A stretch of DNA of 64,000 bases from an uncultured Methanoregulaceae archaeon (GTDB taxonomy: Archaea; Halobacteriota; Methanomicrobia; Methanomicrobiales; Methanospirillaceae): the NCBI GenBank assembly GCA_963701095.1, contig OY969564.1, forward strand, positions 704,001-768,000, read 5' to 3'. Position 1 is the first letter of the stretch. Every line of letters begins with the position of its first letter. Below, one piece after another: positions 11,610 through 20,925 of the stretch. Made by a program: the position numbers and the translations under genes. The notes under the pieces are model-generated. The model searched no databases. It had not been told where the DNA came from and was given only the letters and a program-made list of their open reading frames with translations.

Positions 11610-12131
11610 TTACGATACTTCTAGGGTCGTTTGTCCGTTGGGACGCAGGCCGCACTGTCTCATAAGGCGGGATGTTCGGATAGGATACTTGTTCTCCTCA
11701 GTTGGAACTATCTCGAGGTAGTGATCCGCCTTCCGTGCAAGTGCTGAGAAGGTGCGATCAGCAAGAGGGGTATAGAGAATCACCAGCGACTCACGGGCCA
11801 GCTCCTTGAGAGCGTTGGCGATTGGTTCGAGCATCTCAAATGCCCCATCAAAAAGCGAAGGGTCGTGCTCGATAAAGACGACGGTATAGCCAGCTTCCCG
11901 GAGTATGGTGAAGAGCTGGTGTGCAGTGAATCCCCGCCGGACGTCAAAGTTCTTTGACTGCCGGTTGATGCCTGACAGGATCCGGGAGTAGTTCCCGCTG
12001 ATGTAGAGGAACAGAAACCGCTGGAGATCTGTGTTGCTGTTGATGGCGGCGATTATCTCTTTCTCGGGTGCGATTACCGCATTGAATGTTCCCGGATAGA
12101 GTGCCAGTCCCTTTCGGATCTCGATCTGCAT
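11610..12131 (-). CDS. Inactivated RadA/RecA-like (ImuA-like) protein of the type normally found in archaeal PolB2 cassettes
   Basis: FLYISGNYSRIL..DVRRGFTAHQL..EHDPSLF pattern recalled from Methanomicrobiales polB2-linked genes; no Walker A; C-terminal GQTTL; start ATG 12131 (ORF open to 12221). Confidence 0.6.
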   Translation of the reverse strand: MQIEIRKGLALYPGTFNAVIAPEKEIIAAINSNTDLQRFLFLYISGNYSRILSGINRQSKNFDVRRGFTAHQLFTILREAGYTVVFIEHDPSLFDGAFEMLEPIANALKELARESLVILYTPLADRTFSALARKADHYLEIVPTEENKYPIRTSRLMRQCGLRPNGQTTLEVS

Positions 12132-12588
12132 AGCACCGGATCCCTGCTGCACTGAGGAGGATAAGGATCCGGCCATGAGGGGGGTGAAAGTGAACATACG
12201 CCCGCATATGACGGAAAACAATTCGATTTCTACGTGCTATTGCGTTAGAGGGATTCACTGAAATGATATCATCGTAATCAATTCTTGTAACGTATGTAAA
12301 GAGTCCCGATACCGCATCAAAACCTCCAGACCATCGTAAAAATTTTGAAAACCGCTAGTTTCATTTTTTGAAACTTTTATCCCCCTTTATATTTCCTGCA
12401 GTTAAAGAAATGGTCATGAAATCGGACATGGGATCAAATGGTGCATTCAATGGTTGTTCTATAAATACATATACAAGAATAATAATTAATTCATTTATAG
12501 AAAAAACATCGATATTTACGGCTGATATGATGAATACTGCGAGGTTAATAAGTGATAAAAATTATATATTAGATAAAGAGGGTTTTTA

Positions 12589-14310
12589 ATGCTTCTACGA
12601 TATTCGCCTATCACACTGGTTTTTACTCTGTTTCTTTTATGTGCATTGGTCGTGCCAGTGTCGGGAAGCCCCCCAATTTATATCACTAACACCACAACCT
12701 CTGCACAACTCCAGACTTTGCTTAATGGAACGGCGGGTGGAAGTACAATCATCCTCGAAAATGGGACATATCTGATAAATGATATCCTTATTACCAAGGA
12801 CGTAACACTCGAATCAGATCCATTAGATGGCGGCAATGCACAGAACACAATCATTGACGGGATCGATGCACCAGCAAATTCACAGGGCGTTTTCTATAAT
12901 AACACTAACTCAGGCGTAAGTACCACAATTACCCTCATAAACCTGACTATAAGGAACGGATATTCAGTCAGCACAAATGGAGGGGGTGCAATCCACGATT
13001 ATGGCGATATCACTGCAGTCTCGTCAGATTTTATTAACGACACATCACCAGGTCATGATGGTGGAACCCTTAGCATACATGGATTTACTGCAAATATCAC
13101 GGTTTCCGGGGCAACCTTCATAAATTCTACAGGATTGGAAGGCGGTGCTATTTATGATGATTCCGGATATGTTTTTGTTAACTCATCATCATTTGTTAAT
13201 TGCCATGCAACCCTATTGGCAGGAGTTGTATATGGAGCGGATGGAGTGAATGCAACCTTCTCCCGGTTTAGTAATATCACTTCTGTAGATAATGCTTTCA
13301 TCGAAACGAATAGCGGAGATATTTACGCCCCAGATAACTGGTGGGGAACGAACAATCCAGGAATATCGACAATTTTTAAGGGGGGTGGCACCTATACAAT
13401 TAATCCTTGGCTTAACCTCACAGTTACCTCTACGCCTGTAACCGCAATGGGCCAGACCAGTAAGATCCAGACTAATCTTCTCTATTACAATGATAGCACC
13501 TCCCAGTCCGGGATTATTCCCACCGACGGAATTCCGGTTTCCTTTACTGTTTCTCCTGTCACATCCGGCACAATGATTCCTCCGTCCGGGACATTCACGA
13601 ATATGTTTTCGCCAATTTCAACGTTCACGCCATTGATTGGGGGACCGGTAACCGTTGATGTATCGGTAGACAGCGCCATCATACCGATTAATTTCGATGT
13701 GGCACCTGTTATCACCGGAATTACCCCGGCAGCAAGCCTTAACACCGCACCAATACCAGTCACTATCACGGGCTCCGGATTCTATAATACTACAACGATA
13801 TGGCCGACGGTGAACCTGACACGAAGCGGCTATAGTAATATCACACTTACCGGAGTGAGCGTCTCCTCGGTAACATCCATTAATGGTATAATACCGGCAG
13901 GGATCCCTGCAGGTGTGTGGAACATCGTCGTGACAAACCCCGACGGTCTGGAAGGCACTACTGGATCGGTCACCTTCGACGCTCAAATCTCCACACCTAA
14001 GAATAACAATAATGGCAGGCCCAGTTATGGTCAGCCTGAGAGCAATCCAGATAATGGATACACCGGCCCTCAGCCTGCTTCTCAGGGTGGTGCCCCCGTT
14101 AAACCTGCAGTTGTCCGGCAGGAGGCTCCTCCGGAAACTACGCCCATTTCCCCGGTCATAACTGCCCTTGCACCGGTCCAGAACCCAACCATCCTTGCCA
14201 TGGTCATTTTGACCCTCCAGGAATTCCAGTTCTGGCTGATTCTAGCCGTAATTATCATTATCCTGATTGCCATCCTGCGAAGATGGTGGATCAAGCGACA
14301 GGTCCTGTAA
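12589..14310 (+). CDS. Cell-surface protein: beta-helix/adhesin-like region, IPT/TIG-like domain, C-terminal TM anchor
   Basis: Signal peptide, GGAI repeats, NWWGTNNP, PVITGITP..ITGSGF..VVTNPDG, many NxT/S sequons, TM followed by LRRWWIKRQ. Confidence 0.8.
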   Translation: MLLRYSPITLVFTLFLLCALVVPVSGSPPIYITNTTTSAQLQTLLNGTAGGSTIILENGTYLINDILITKDVTLESDPLDGGNAQNTIIDGIDAPANSQGVFYNNTNSGVSTTITLINLTIRNGYSVSTNGGGAIHDYGDITAVSSDFINDTSPGHDGGTLSIHGFTANITVSGATFINSTGLEGGAIYDDSGYVFVNSSSFVNCHATLLAGVVYGADGVNATFSRFSNITSVDNAFIETNSGDIYAPDNWWGTNNPGISTIFKGGGTYTINPWLNLTVTSTPVTAMGQTSKIQTNLLYYNDSTSQSGIIPTDGIPVSFTVSPVTSGTMIPPSGTFTNMFSPISTFTPLIGGPVTVDVSVDSAIIPINFDVAPVITGITPAASLNTAPIPVTITGSGFYNTTTIWPTVNLTRSGYSNITLTGVSVSSVTSINGIIPAGIPAGVWNIVVTNPDGLEGTTGSVTFDAQISTPKNNNNGRPSYGQPESNPDNGYTGPQPASQGGAPVKPAVVRQEAPPETTPISPVITALAPVQNPTILAMVILTLQEFQFWLILAVIIIILIAILRRWWIKRQVL

Positions 14311-14435
14311 CAGCTCAAAAAAAATTGAACTCATTTTTTCACGCTGAAGATTCCCTCCTTGTTTAATCACGGCAAACGGAAAATTATGACGCGGGATATA
14401 GGGCTAATCAAAAAGCAGGATCTTTTGGGAAAATA

Positions 14436-14800
14436 TTAGTCGGGGTAACCCCGTAATTTCCTGATAAGTTTGAGTTGATTATTGGCTTTGGTTTCTATCT
14501 CTTTTTCTATGGAATCCATGATATCGGTGATGGGTATAGCAAGCGCGTAGATCTTCAACGGGCGTCCCTTGGTATCTTGCTTGCTCTTGTGGGATACGAT
14601 CCAGCCACGATCCGTAAGGTATTGCATTGCTAAACTTACTGAATATAGGTTCCGTGCTCGATGTCACGGGAGGTGACTTCGGGAATATTTGTTAAAAAAA
14701 ACCAGCGCCTTTGCTCTATTTTTCTTCGTACCAATATCGATGAGAAGATTGGTAAATTCATTTTCCTTTTCCGTAAAATGGTAAACGTCTCAGTTCTGAT
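14436..14800 (-). pseudogene. Degraded wHTH (ArsR/TrmB-like) transcriptional regulator
   Basis: Fragments HFTEKENEFTNLLIDIGTKKNRAKALVF / PEVTSRDIEHGT / MQYLTDRGWI..KGRPLKIYALA lie in different frames; no start codon; multiple indels. Confidence 0.75.
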
Positions 14801-14902
14801 TCTATCTTCTCCAAATTATTCCGGGTTGTTTTTTATGTAAGTATACTACAAAAAGTTCAGCCAAAATCTTGACGAAATTTAATGTAAGAATGAACATTGA
14901 TC

Positions 14903-14990
14903 ATGTGTGGCCGGTACTCGCTAATCTGCATCGATGATCTCTGCGGAAGGTTCCGTTTCCTGGACCCTACCATCGGTTTCCGATCGCATT
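14903..14990 (+). pseudogene. Truncated 5' duplicate of the SRAP gene
   Basis: Encodes MCGRYSLICIDDLCGRFRFLDPTIGFRSH, near-identical to the first 29 codons at 17946, then diverges (stop at 15046). Confidence 0.9.
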
Positions 14991-15149
14991 CCCGCCACAG
15001 GATTGGATTACCATTGACATTTTTCTGCGCCGATGACCTGTCCTGATCAAATTTCAAACGTCACCGGGGCATCAGAACACCCTCCGATCTTTCAGGATTG
15101 TGGGAATTAATCTAAAGAGATTTATCCTTTCATTTCAATTAGTCAATTC

Positions 15150-16964
15150 ATGGTTCTGAACCCTAAGATCGCTGCGCAGATCAAAGGCATGTTACAGCAA
15201 AACCCGCAGGGTCTTAGTATCACCGAAATCGTCAAAGAGGTAAAGATCAGCCGGGGCACTGCTGGAAGATATCTCGAAAGCCTTCTCGCATCCGGGCAGG
15301 TAGATATGCGCCTCCATGGGATGGCCAAGATCTATACCCTCTCGCACCGGGTTCCAAATTCCGCAGTTCTGTCGATCTCCTCTGAATTCATCATGCAACT
15401 TGACCGCCACCTCAGAATACTATACATTAACGACCCCTTTGTCGAATTTCTTGGCACTACCCGGAAAGATCTCGTCGGAAAAAACCTTCAGTACTCCCCA
15501 CTGGTACTGATTCTTGATGAACTTTTCGAATTATTCTTAACACAGGTTAAGAACGGAGTTGATGGTGTCGAATGGAACGGAGAACTCTTACTCAGAAAAC
15601 AGAAGATCTTCATTGCCTGCCGAGTCATGCCAACTGTTTTTGAGAACGGGCAGAAGGGGGTATCTGTCACTCTTGAAGACATCACGGATCGCAAGCGATT
15701 AATGGAAGATTTGCAAGCGAGTGAGGAGATATACAACCGCGTCATCTCGACTGCAAATGAAGGTGTATGTATCCTTGACCGGAACCTACGCATCACTTTT
15801 ACGAATGAGCGTTTTGCCGATATGTTAGGATATTTGCGCGAGGAGGTGGAGGGCCATGAGGTATGGGATTATGTTTTCGAGGATGACAAGCCTACCCTTG
15901 AACATCATTTTGCGACCCGGAGTAAGGGGAACTTCGAGATAAGAGGATGGCGTAAGAATGGAAGTGTTGTCTGGTTCCTGATTTCTGCTTCACCTCTTAT
16001 CGGTAAAACCGGTTCTTTCCTGGGATTTTTCGGAATGGTCACTGATATCACCGAGCGGAAGCAGGCTGAGGAGGCACTCCGGGAGAGCGAGGAGAAATAC
16101 CAATCAATTATTGAGGGGTTACCCGATGCTGTCAGCGTTGTCGACAAAGACTTAAAAGTGACTTTTGCCAATGCCAATCTCCTCTCATGGCTGCAGAGCA
16201 TGGGGAGGCCAACCGACATTATAGGAAAAACGGTCCTTGATGCATTCCCCTTCCTCTCATCCACAGTCCTTGAAGAATATCGCACTGTTTTTTTGAAGGG
16301 AAAAATAATAATTACCCAGGAGTCTTCCCGAATCGGCGATTCGGAGATCGTTACTGAGACCCGTAAGATCCCCGTCGAAGAGAAGGGTGATATAGTTGCC
16401 GTCATTGCCGTAATCAGGAATATCACCGAACGCAAGAAGGCTGAGGACTCGCTCCGGGAAAGTGAACGGCGTTTCGCGCTTTTTATGGAGAATCTTCCTG
16501 CGGCGATGTATATCAAGGATCGCGATGGCCACGTTGTTTTCAGCAACCGTTTCCTGAACGAGTTGTTCGGCTGGTCAGATCCTATAGGAAAATCGACGAT
16601 TGATCTCCTTCCGTTGGATGTTGCACAACGGATGATCGAGGACGATCACAAGGCTTTTGATCAGGACGTAATCTCTGTCGTGGAATCTGTGACTGATATT
16701 CACGGAAAGAAGCGATATTTTAAAACCACCAAATTTTCCGTTCCGGATGCTGGTGGCGCCTCGCTCATGGGAGGTATTTCTCTTGATATCACCGAACAGA
16801 AACAAACCGAAAACGAACTCCGGCAAAGTGAGGAAAAGTATCGAAAACTCCTGTTTGGAGCAGGAATCGGTGTCGGATATTGGAATCCGGACGGTATCCT
16901 CCTGTATCTCAATGAGATCAGACTTAAAGCGCCTCAACGGGAAAGAAGAAGACTTTATTGGTAA
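15150..16964 (+). CDS. wHTH-PAS(n) sensor, N-terminal part of a frameshifted wHTH-PAS-kinase-like gene (15150-17862)
   Basis: GLSITEIVKEVKISRGTAGRYL HTH, four PAS domains; reading frame shifts near 16925. Confidence 0.85.
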   Translation: MVLNPKIAAQIKGMLQQNPQGLSITEIVKEVKISRGTAGRYLESLLASGQVDMRLHGMAKIYTLSHRVPNSAVLSISSEFIMQLDRHLRILYINDPFVEFLGTTRKDLVGKNLQYSPLVLILDELFELFLTQVKNGVDGVEWNGELLLRKQKIFIACRVMPTVFENGQKGVSVTLEDITDRKRLMEDLQASEEIYNRVISTANEGVCILDRNLRITFTNERFADMLGYLREEVEGHEVWDYVFEDDKPTLEHHFATRSKGNFEIRGWRKNGSVVWFLISASPLIGKTGSFLGFFGMVTDITERKQAEEALRESEEKYQSIIEGLPDAVSVVDKDLKVTFANANLLSWLQSMGRPTDIIGKTVLDAFPFLSSTVLEEYRTVFLKGKIIITQESSRIGDSEIVTETRKIPVEEKGDIVAVIAVIRNITERKKAEDSLRESERRFALFMENLPAAMYIKDRDGHVVFSNRFLNELFGWSDPIGKSTIDLLPLDVAQRMIEDDHKAFDQDVISVVESVTDIHGKKRYFKTTKFSVPDAGGASLMGGISLDITEQKQTENELRQSEEKYRKLLFGAGIGVGYWNPDGILLYLNEIRLKAPQRERRRLYW

Positions 16965-17862
16965 ACATATCCGCGACCTTATTAAACAACCTGGCGATGC
17001 AGAAAAATACCTTGAACGGATGCATAAGGCGGCAATCTCTCCTGAACCGTTGGTATACGAGGATTATGTTACCCTGCCCTCCGGAAAAGGCTGGTATTTA
17101 TCGATCTATGCAAGAATTACGGATTCTGATAAAGCAGTGATTGGAATCCAGGTGTGGTCCATAGATATTACTGAACGCAAAAAGGTTGAATTAGCACTTG
17201 ATGTGGCAAGAAAGAAACTGAAGGTGCTCAACACAATTGCAAGCCAGGACATTCAGGAAAGTGTGTTTGCCCTGTCGGCATACCTGAGCCTGGCAAAAAA
17301 AGAATTCACTGACAAGAAATTCCACGAATATATCGATAAAGAAACGGATCTTACCAAGAATATTATTCAATCTCTGAATGTAGCCAATGAATGCCAGGAG
17401 CTGGGCACGAAACCACCGAAGTGGCAAAAAGTGGAAGATGTTTTTATTTATGCCATCTCTCATCTGGATTTCAGTAATATCTCACGGGATATCGTACTCG
17501 ACGGTCTTGAAGTCTATGCCGATCCACTCCTGGAAAAAGCATTTTTCCACATGATGCATAATACGCTCGCGCATGGTGTCCGGGTGACAGAAGTAAGAAT
17601 CTATTATAAAGAAATCGAAGGCGGGATCCGGATAGTTATTGAGGATAATGGAGTTGGCGTACCCAGGGAAAAAAAGGAGTATATCTTCGAACGAGGATTT
17701 GGGAAAGGCAGGACGCTTGGGCTCTTTATTGTGAGGGAGATGCTCTCTATTACCGGGATGATGATCGTGGAAACCGGTGAACCGGGCAAAGGTGCACGGT
17801 TTGAAATAACGGTGCCAAAAGGATCATACCGGTTTTCCGTTCATTTTAAAGACACTCAATAA
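16747..17862 (+). CDS. C-terminal PAS-HATPase part of the same gene; H-box His absent
   Basis: Real coding starts ~16925 (LKRLNGKEEDFIGK); ADPLLEKAF, DNGVG, LGLF; H-box reads SQDIQES. Confidence 0.8.
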   Translation: MLVAPRSWEVFLLISPNRNKPKTNSGKVRKSIENSCLEQESVSDIGIRTVSSCISMRSDLKRLNGKEEDFIGKHIRDLIKQPGDAEKYLERMHKAAISPEPLVYEDYVTLPSGKGWYLSIYARITDSDKAVIGIQVWSIDITERKKVELALDVARKKLKVLNTIASQDIQESVFALSAYLSLAKKEFTDKKFHEYIDKETDLTKNIIQSLNVANECQELGTKPPKWQKVEDVFIYAISHLDFSNISRDIVLDGLEVYADPLLEKAFFHMMHNTLAHGVRVTEVRIYYKEIEGGIRIVIEDNGVGVPREKKEYIFERGFGKGRTLGLFIVREMLSITGMMIVETGEPGKGARFEITVPKGSYRFSVHFKDTQ

Positions 17863-17945
17863 AAATACACAGCAGGCGTGGATGTAATAGTTCAGAACCA
17901 TTGGTCGCAAGGTTGATGACCCCGGCAGAATAATGACCATCAATC

Positions 17946-18689
17946 ATGTGTGGCCGGTACTCACTAATCTGTATTGATGATCTCTGCGGGAGATTCCGGG
18001 TTCTTGACCCGACCTTTGGTTTCCGTTCTCATTTCAATATCGCACCGGGCAGCACAAACCCAGTGATCGTGGCGCATGAAAGGGCAGAAGCGGTGATGAT
18101 GCAGTGGGGGCTTGTTCCGCGCTGGGCAAAATCCGGATCTGTCTGGCCTATTGGCTTCCGGCTTCCTGTTATGTGGGGCCAACTCATGCCGCACTCTGGC
18201 AGGGATGTTCTGCCAGCCAACCGGCCTATCAATGCCCGGGCGGAAAGTCTGACGGAAAATACGATGTTCCGGGATTTGTTGAAGGAAAACCGGTGTCTTG
18301 TTCCGGCGAGCGGTTTTTTTGAATGGAAACACGAAGGCAAGCACAAAGTTCCCTTCTACATTCACGTAAAAGATGATCCGGTCTTTGCATTTGCCGGGCT
18401 ATGTGATAGCTGGCAGGACGCATCAGGAACAATCCTCCAGACGTATACGATCATTACAACAGCCGCTAACGAACTGGTTGCCCCACTCCATGACCGGATG
18501 CCGGTGATCCTTAGACAGGATGACGAGATGCGCTGGATATCGAGGGGTGAGCTCCCCGATGATGAAATGAAGCGGATCCTTGCGACATATCCGGCCGGGA
18601 AAATGGAATCTTACCCGGTGTCGGAGCGGGTTAACAAACCGGATGCAGATGATGAGAAGCTGATTGAACCGATAAAGGGACTTTTCTAG
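17946..18689 (+). CDS. SOS response-associated peptidase (SRAP/HMCES/YedK family), abasic-site protecting
   Basis: N-terminal MCGRY (Cys2), FNIAPG, INARAE, GFFEWK, HDRMPVIL, VSERVN. Confidence 0.95.
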   Translation: MCGRYSLICIDDLCGRFRVLDPTFGFRSHFNIAPGSTNPVIVAHERAEAVMMQWGLVPRWAKSGSVWPIGFRLPVMWGQLMPHSGRDVLPANRPINARAESLTENTMFRDLLKENRCLVPASGFFEWKHEGKHKVPFYIHVKDDPVFAFAGLCDSWQDASGTILQTYTIITTAANELVAPLHDRMPVILRQDDEMRWISRGELPDDEMKRILATYPAGKMESYPVSERVNKPDADDEKLIEPIKGLF

Positions 18690-18839
18690 AGTCACCTAAT
18701 TTTTTTCGGTTCTTCTTATTCGTTAGACTTTTTAGAGATTGCATTAACAAGTTACAACGGCGTTGTAAACCATTAGTCCACGAATGTGGAAGGTACTTAC
18801 CATCAATGAATTCATATATTTAACCAGCAGAACGAAAAA

Positions 18840-19320
18840 AGGCATATCCGTTCTCATAGTTGATGACGATTCCATACTTGCACATTGCTCAGCATTTTCT
18901 GAAAAACAATACCTTTTGCACAGATTGAGCATATTCCAATGATGAAGCATTACAAAGAATTGAGCACAACCCGTACGATGCAATTGTGTCCGGTTATCAG
19001 ATGCCGGGAAAAAATGGCTTTGAACTGTTGAAACAGGTACGTGTTCTCAACTCGTCTTTACCCTTCATCCTTTATACGACAGGAGCAGGGAAGAAATTGT
19101 TATTCCGGGATTAAATGAAGGTACGGATTTCTATATTCAGAAAGGAGGGTATCCCAAATCTCAGTTTACAGAACTTCCCCACAAAATTCATCGGGCTATT
19201 GAAAGGAGAGTCGCTGCTGATGCAATTGAAGAACGCAACGAGATACTTGACGCAATCCTTGCTGCCTCACCTTTCGGGATTACATTGGTAAAAAACCGGA
19301 CTATCCAATAGGTAAACACG
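18840..19320 (+). pseudogene. Decayed REC-PAS sensor gene
   Basis: GISVLIVDDD, YDAIVSGYQMPGKNGFELLKQVR, EEIVIPGLNEGTDFYIQKGGYPKSQFTEL, ILAASPFGI in shifting frames with stops; phospho-Asp changed to Gly. Confidence 0.85.
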
Positions 19321-19524
19321 TCACTAGTATTGATACATTCGCGTTCGGTTGATTTGATAGACCGCAGACAATAAGCTGTTTTGCCGATGTGGCAATAACG
19401 AGCAATTTCTATATTATTACTTTCTTTTATTTTAAACATAAATGCGGTATTCACGATGTTAAAAACCCCGATAATAAACAATGATTCACAAAATACTAAA
19501 TATTAATCAAGCATTTTTCAAAAT

Positions 19525-19764
19525 ATGTTTCAAATATCCTTAAGCGATTTTTCCAAATTGAATTGTGATATCAGTAACGAGATAGAGAAAGTTTTATTAA
19601 AACTTGTTGCTGATGGCAAAATCAAAGTAATTCCCGATGATACCCCAATAAAATCCGGAACTAGCGGCGAAAAAAGAAAAAGAGGCAGGCCGCCCAAGAT
19701 AAAAAATCAGGTAAAATCTGCCGAGGGTTCTAAACGAAAACGCGGCAGACCGAAAAAAGGGTAA
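19525..19764 (+). CDS. Small basic protein with two AT-hook motifs
   Basis: KRKRGRPPK and KRKRGRPKK. Confidence 0.65.
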   Translation: MFQISLSDFSKLNCDISNEIEKVLLKLVADGKIKVIPDDTPIKSGTSGEKRKRGRPPKIKNQVKSAEGSKRKRGRPKKG

Positions 19765-19821
19765 CTATAGACCTCTGAAAAAAAATAATGGGAGAATTAA
19801 CAGGTCTACCAATAAAGCCAC

Positions 19822-20064
19822 TTAGCCCCTGTCGCAGAAATGACCAATGTCCAGGTTGTTTTTGTCAAAGATCTCGCAGGCAGGGCAGAAGCAACGATCC
19901 TCTTTCATATTCTGGGCATCTGACACGCCACGTGCACAGAAAAGGCTGTCTGGCATATGCTGTCCAAGGTTGTTCTTCCGGTAGCTCGGGCATGCACCGC
20001 AGTACTTCATACAGGTCTGTCGGTTCTCAGGGGTATCCTCAACGGCAATCGTGCTGCTTTTCAT
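19822..20064 (-). CDS. DUF2769-type Cys-rich protein
   Basis: VEDTPEN..C..CGACPSY..LFCARG..CFCPACEI..HFC. Confidence 0.85.
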   Translation of the reverse strand: MKSSTIAVEDTPENRQTCMKYCGACPSYRKNNLGQHMPDSLFCARGVSDAQNMKEDRCFCPACEIFDKNNLDIGHFCDRG

Positions 20065-20196
20065 GATGAGTGGATGGAGCTATCGGGAATAATAGTTTTC
20101 CTGTCAGGTCTTTTTTTTCCGGGAAGACAGGAATGGGCTTTTGCGGACGCCGCTTTCACGATATTAAACGATCCCTATAAAAAAATTAAATCGCAT

Positions 20197-20445
20197 TTAC
20201 CGCCGGACGCAGTAATACCCGCCGCGGAGATGGTGCTTTGTAAAGAGCTCGCAGGCCGGACAGAAACAACCGATCTCTTTCATATTCTGTGCACTGGACG
20301 GTCCGCGGGCGCAGAAAAGCTCTTTTGGCTCGTTCCGGTGGAGGTCATGCCTTTTGTAGTTCTGGCAAATCGGGCAGTATTTTCTGCAGATTGCCTTGTT
20401 CTCATCGGTATCCGGTACAACAGGGGCTTTCGCTGATTCAAACAT
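20197..20445 (-). CDS. DUF2769-type Cys-rich protein (tandem paralog)
   Basis: VPDTDEN..C..CPICQNY..LFCARG..CFCPACEL..YYC. Confidence 0.85.
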   Translation of the reverse strand: MFESAKAPVVPDTDENKAICRKYCPICQNYKRHDLHRNEPKELFCARGPSSAQNMKEIGCFCPACELFTKHHLRGGYYCVRR

Positions 20446-20501
20446 GTAAAAAAAGGTACGATATGAACATTAATAGATCTTACGGGGGATAGTGAGCGTA
20501 T

Positions 20502-20903
20502 GTGCAGGTATGCGAATATGCCGGCCTGACTCCCGGGCAGGAAAGAGACGTCAAGCGTGCCGTCGAAGGCACCTGCGAACTCTGCACCGAATACTTCGCT
20601 TTCCCGCTCCTCGAAATCCACCGGATCTCCCGTAAAATATACCGGGAGATGGCACGGGATCCCTCAAAACGTATCCTCGTGATCTGCGGTTCCTGCCACC
20701 AGCATATCCACCGGCTGCCTGTGCATGTTAAAGACCAGCGTGCCATTGTCGAGCGCCGACCCTTTTATATCCGGCAGGGAATCCGTAAGGCTCTTGGGTA
20801 CAAGCCAAAACCGTACTCACCTCCCAGAGAGTCTTCGCTATCCGCGATGTATGATGAGTATTTCTACCATTTCCCGCCAGGTTCATTCAGATTGGGTGGG
20901 TGA
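20502..20903 (+). CDS. HNH-like zinc-binding hypothetical protein
   Basis: CELC..LEIHRI..ILVICGSCHQHIH. Confidence 0.65.
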   Translation: MQVCEYAGLTPGQERDVKRAVEGTCELCTEYFAFPLLEIHRISRKIYREMARDPSKRILVICGSCHQHIHRLPVHVKDQRAIVERRPFYIRQGIRKALGYKPKPYSPPRESSLSAMYDEYFYHFPPGSFRLGG

Positions 20904-20925
20904 AAAAGCCCAGAAATAAGGAACA

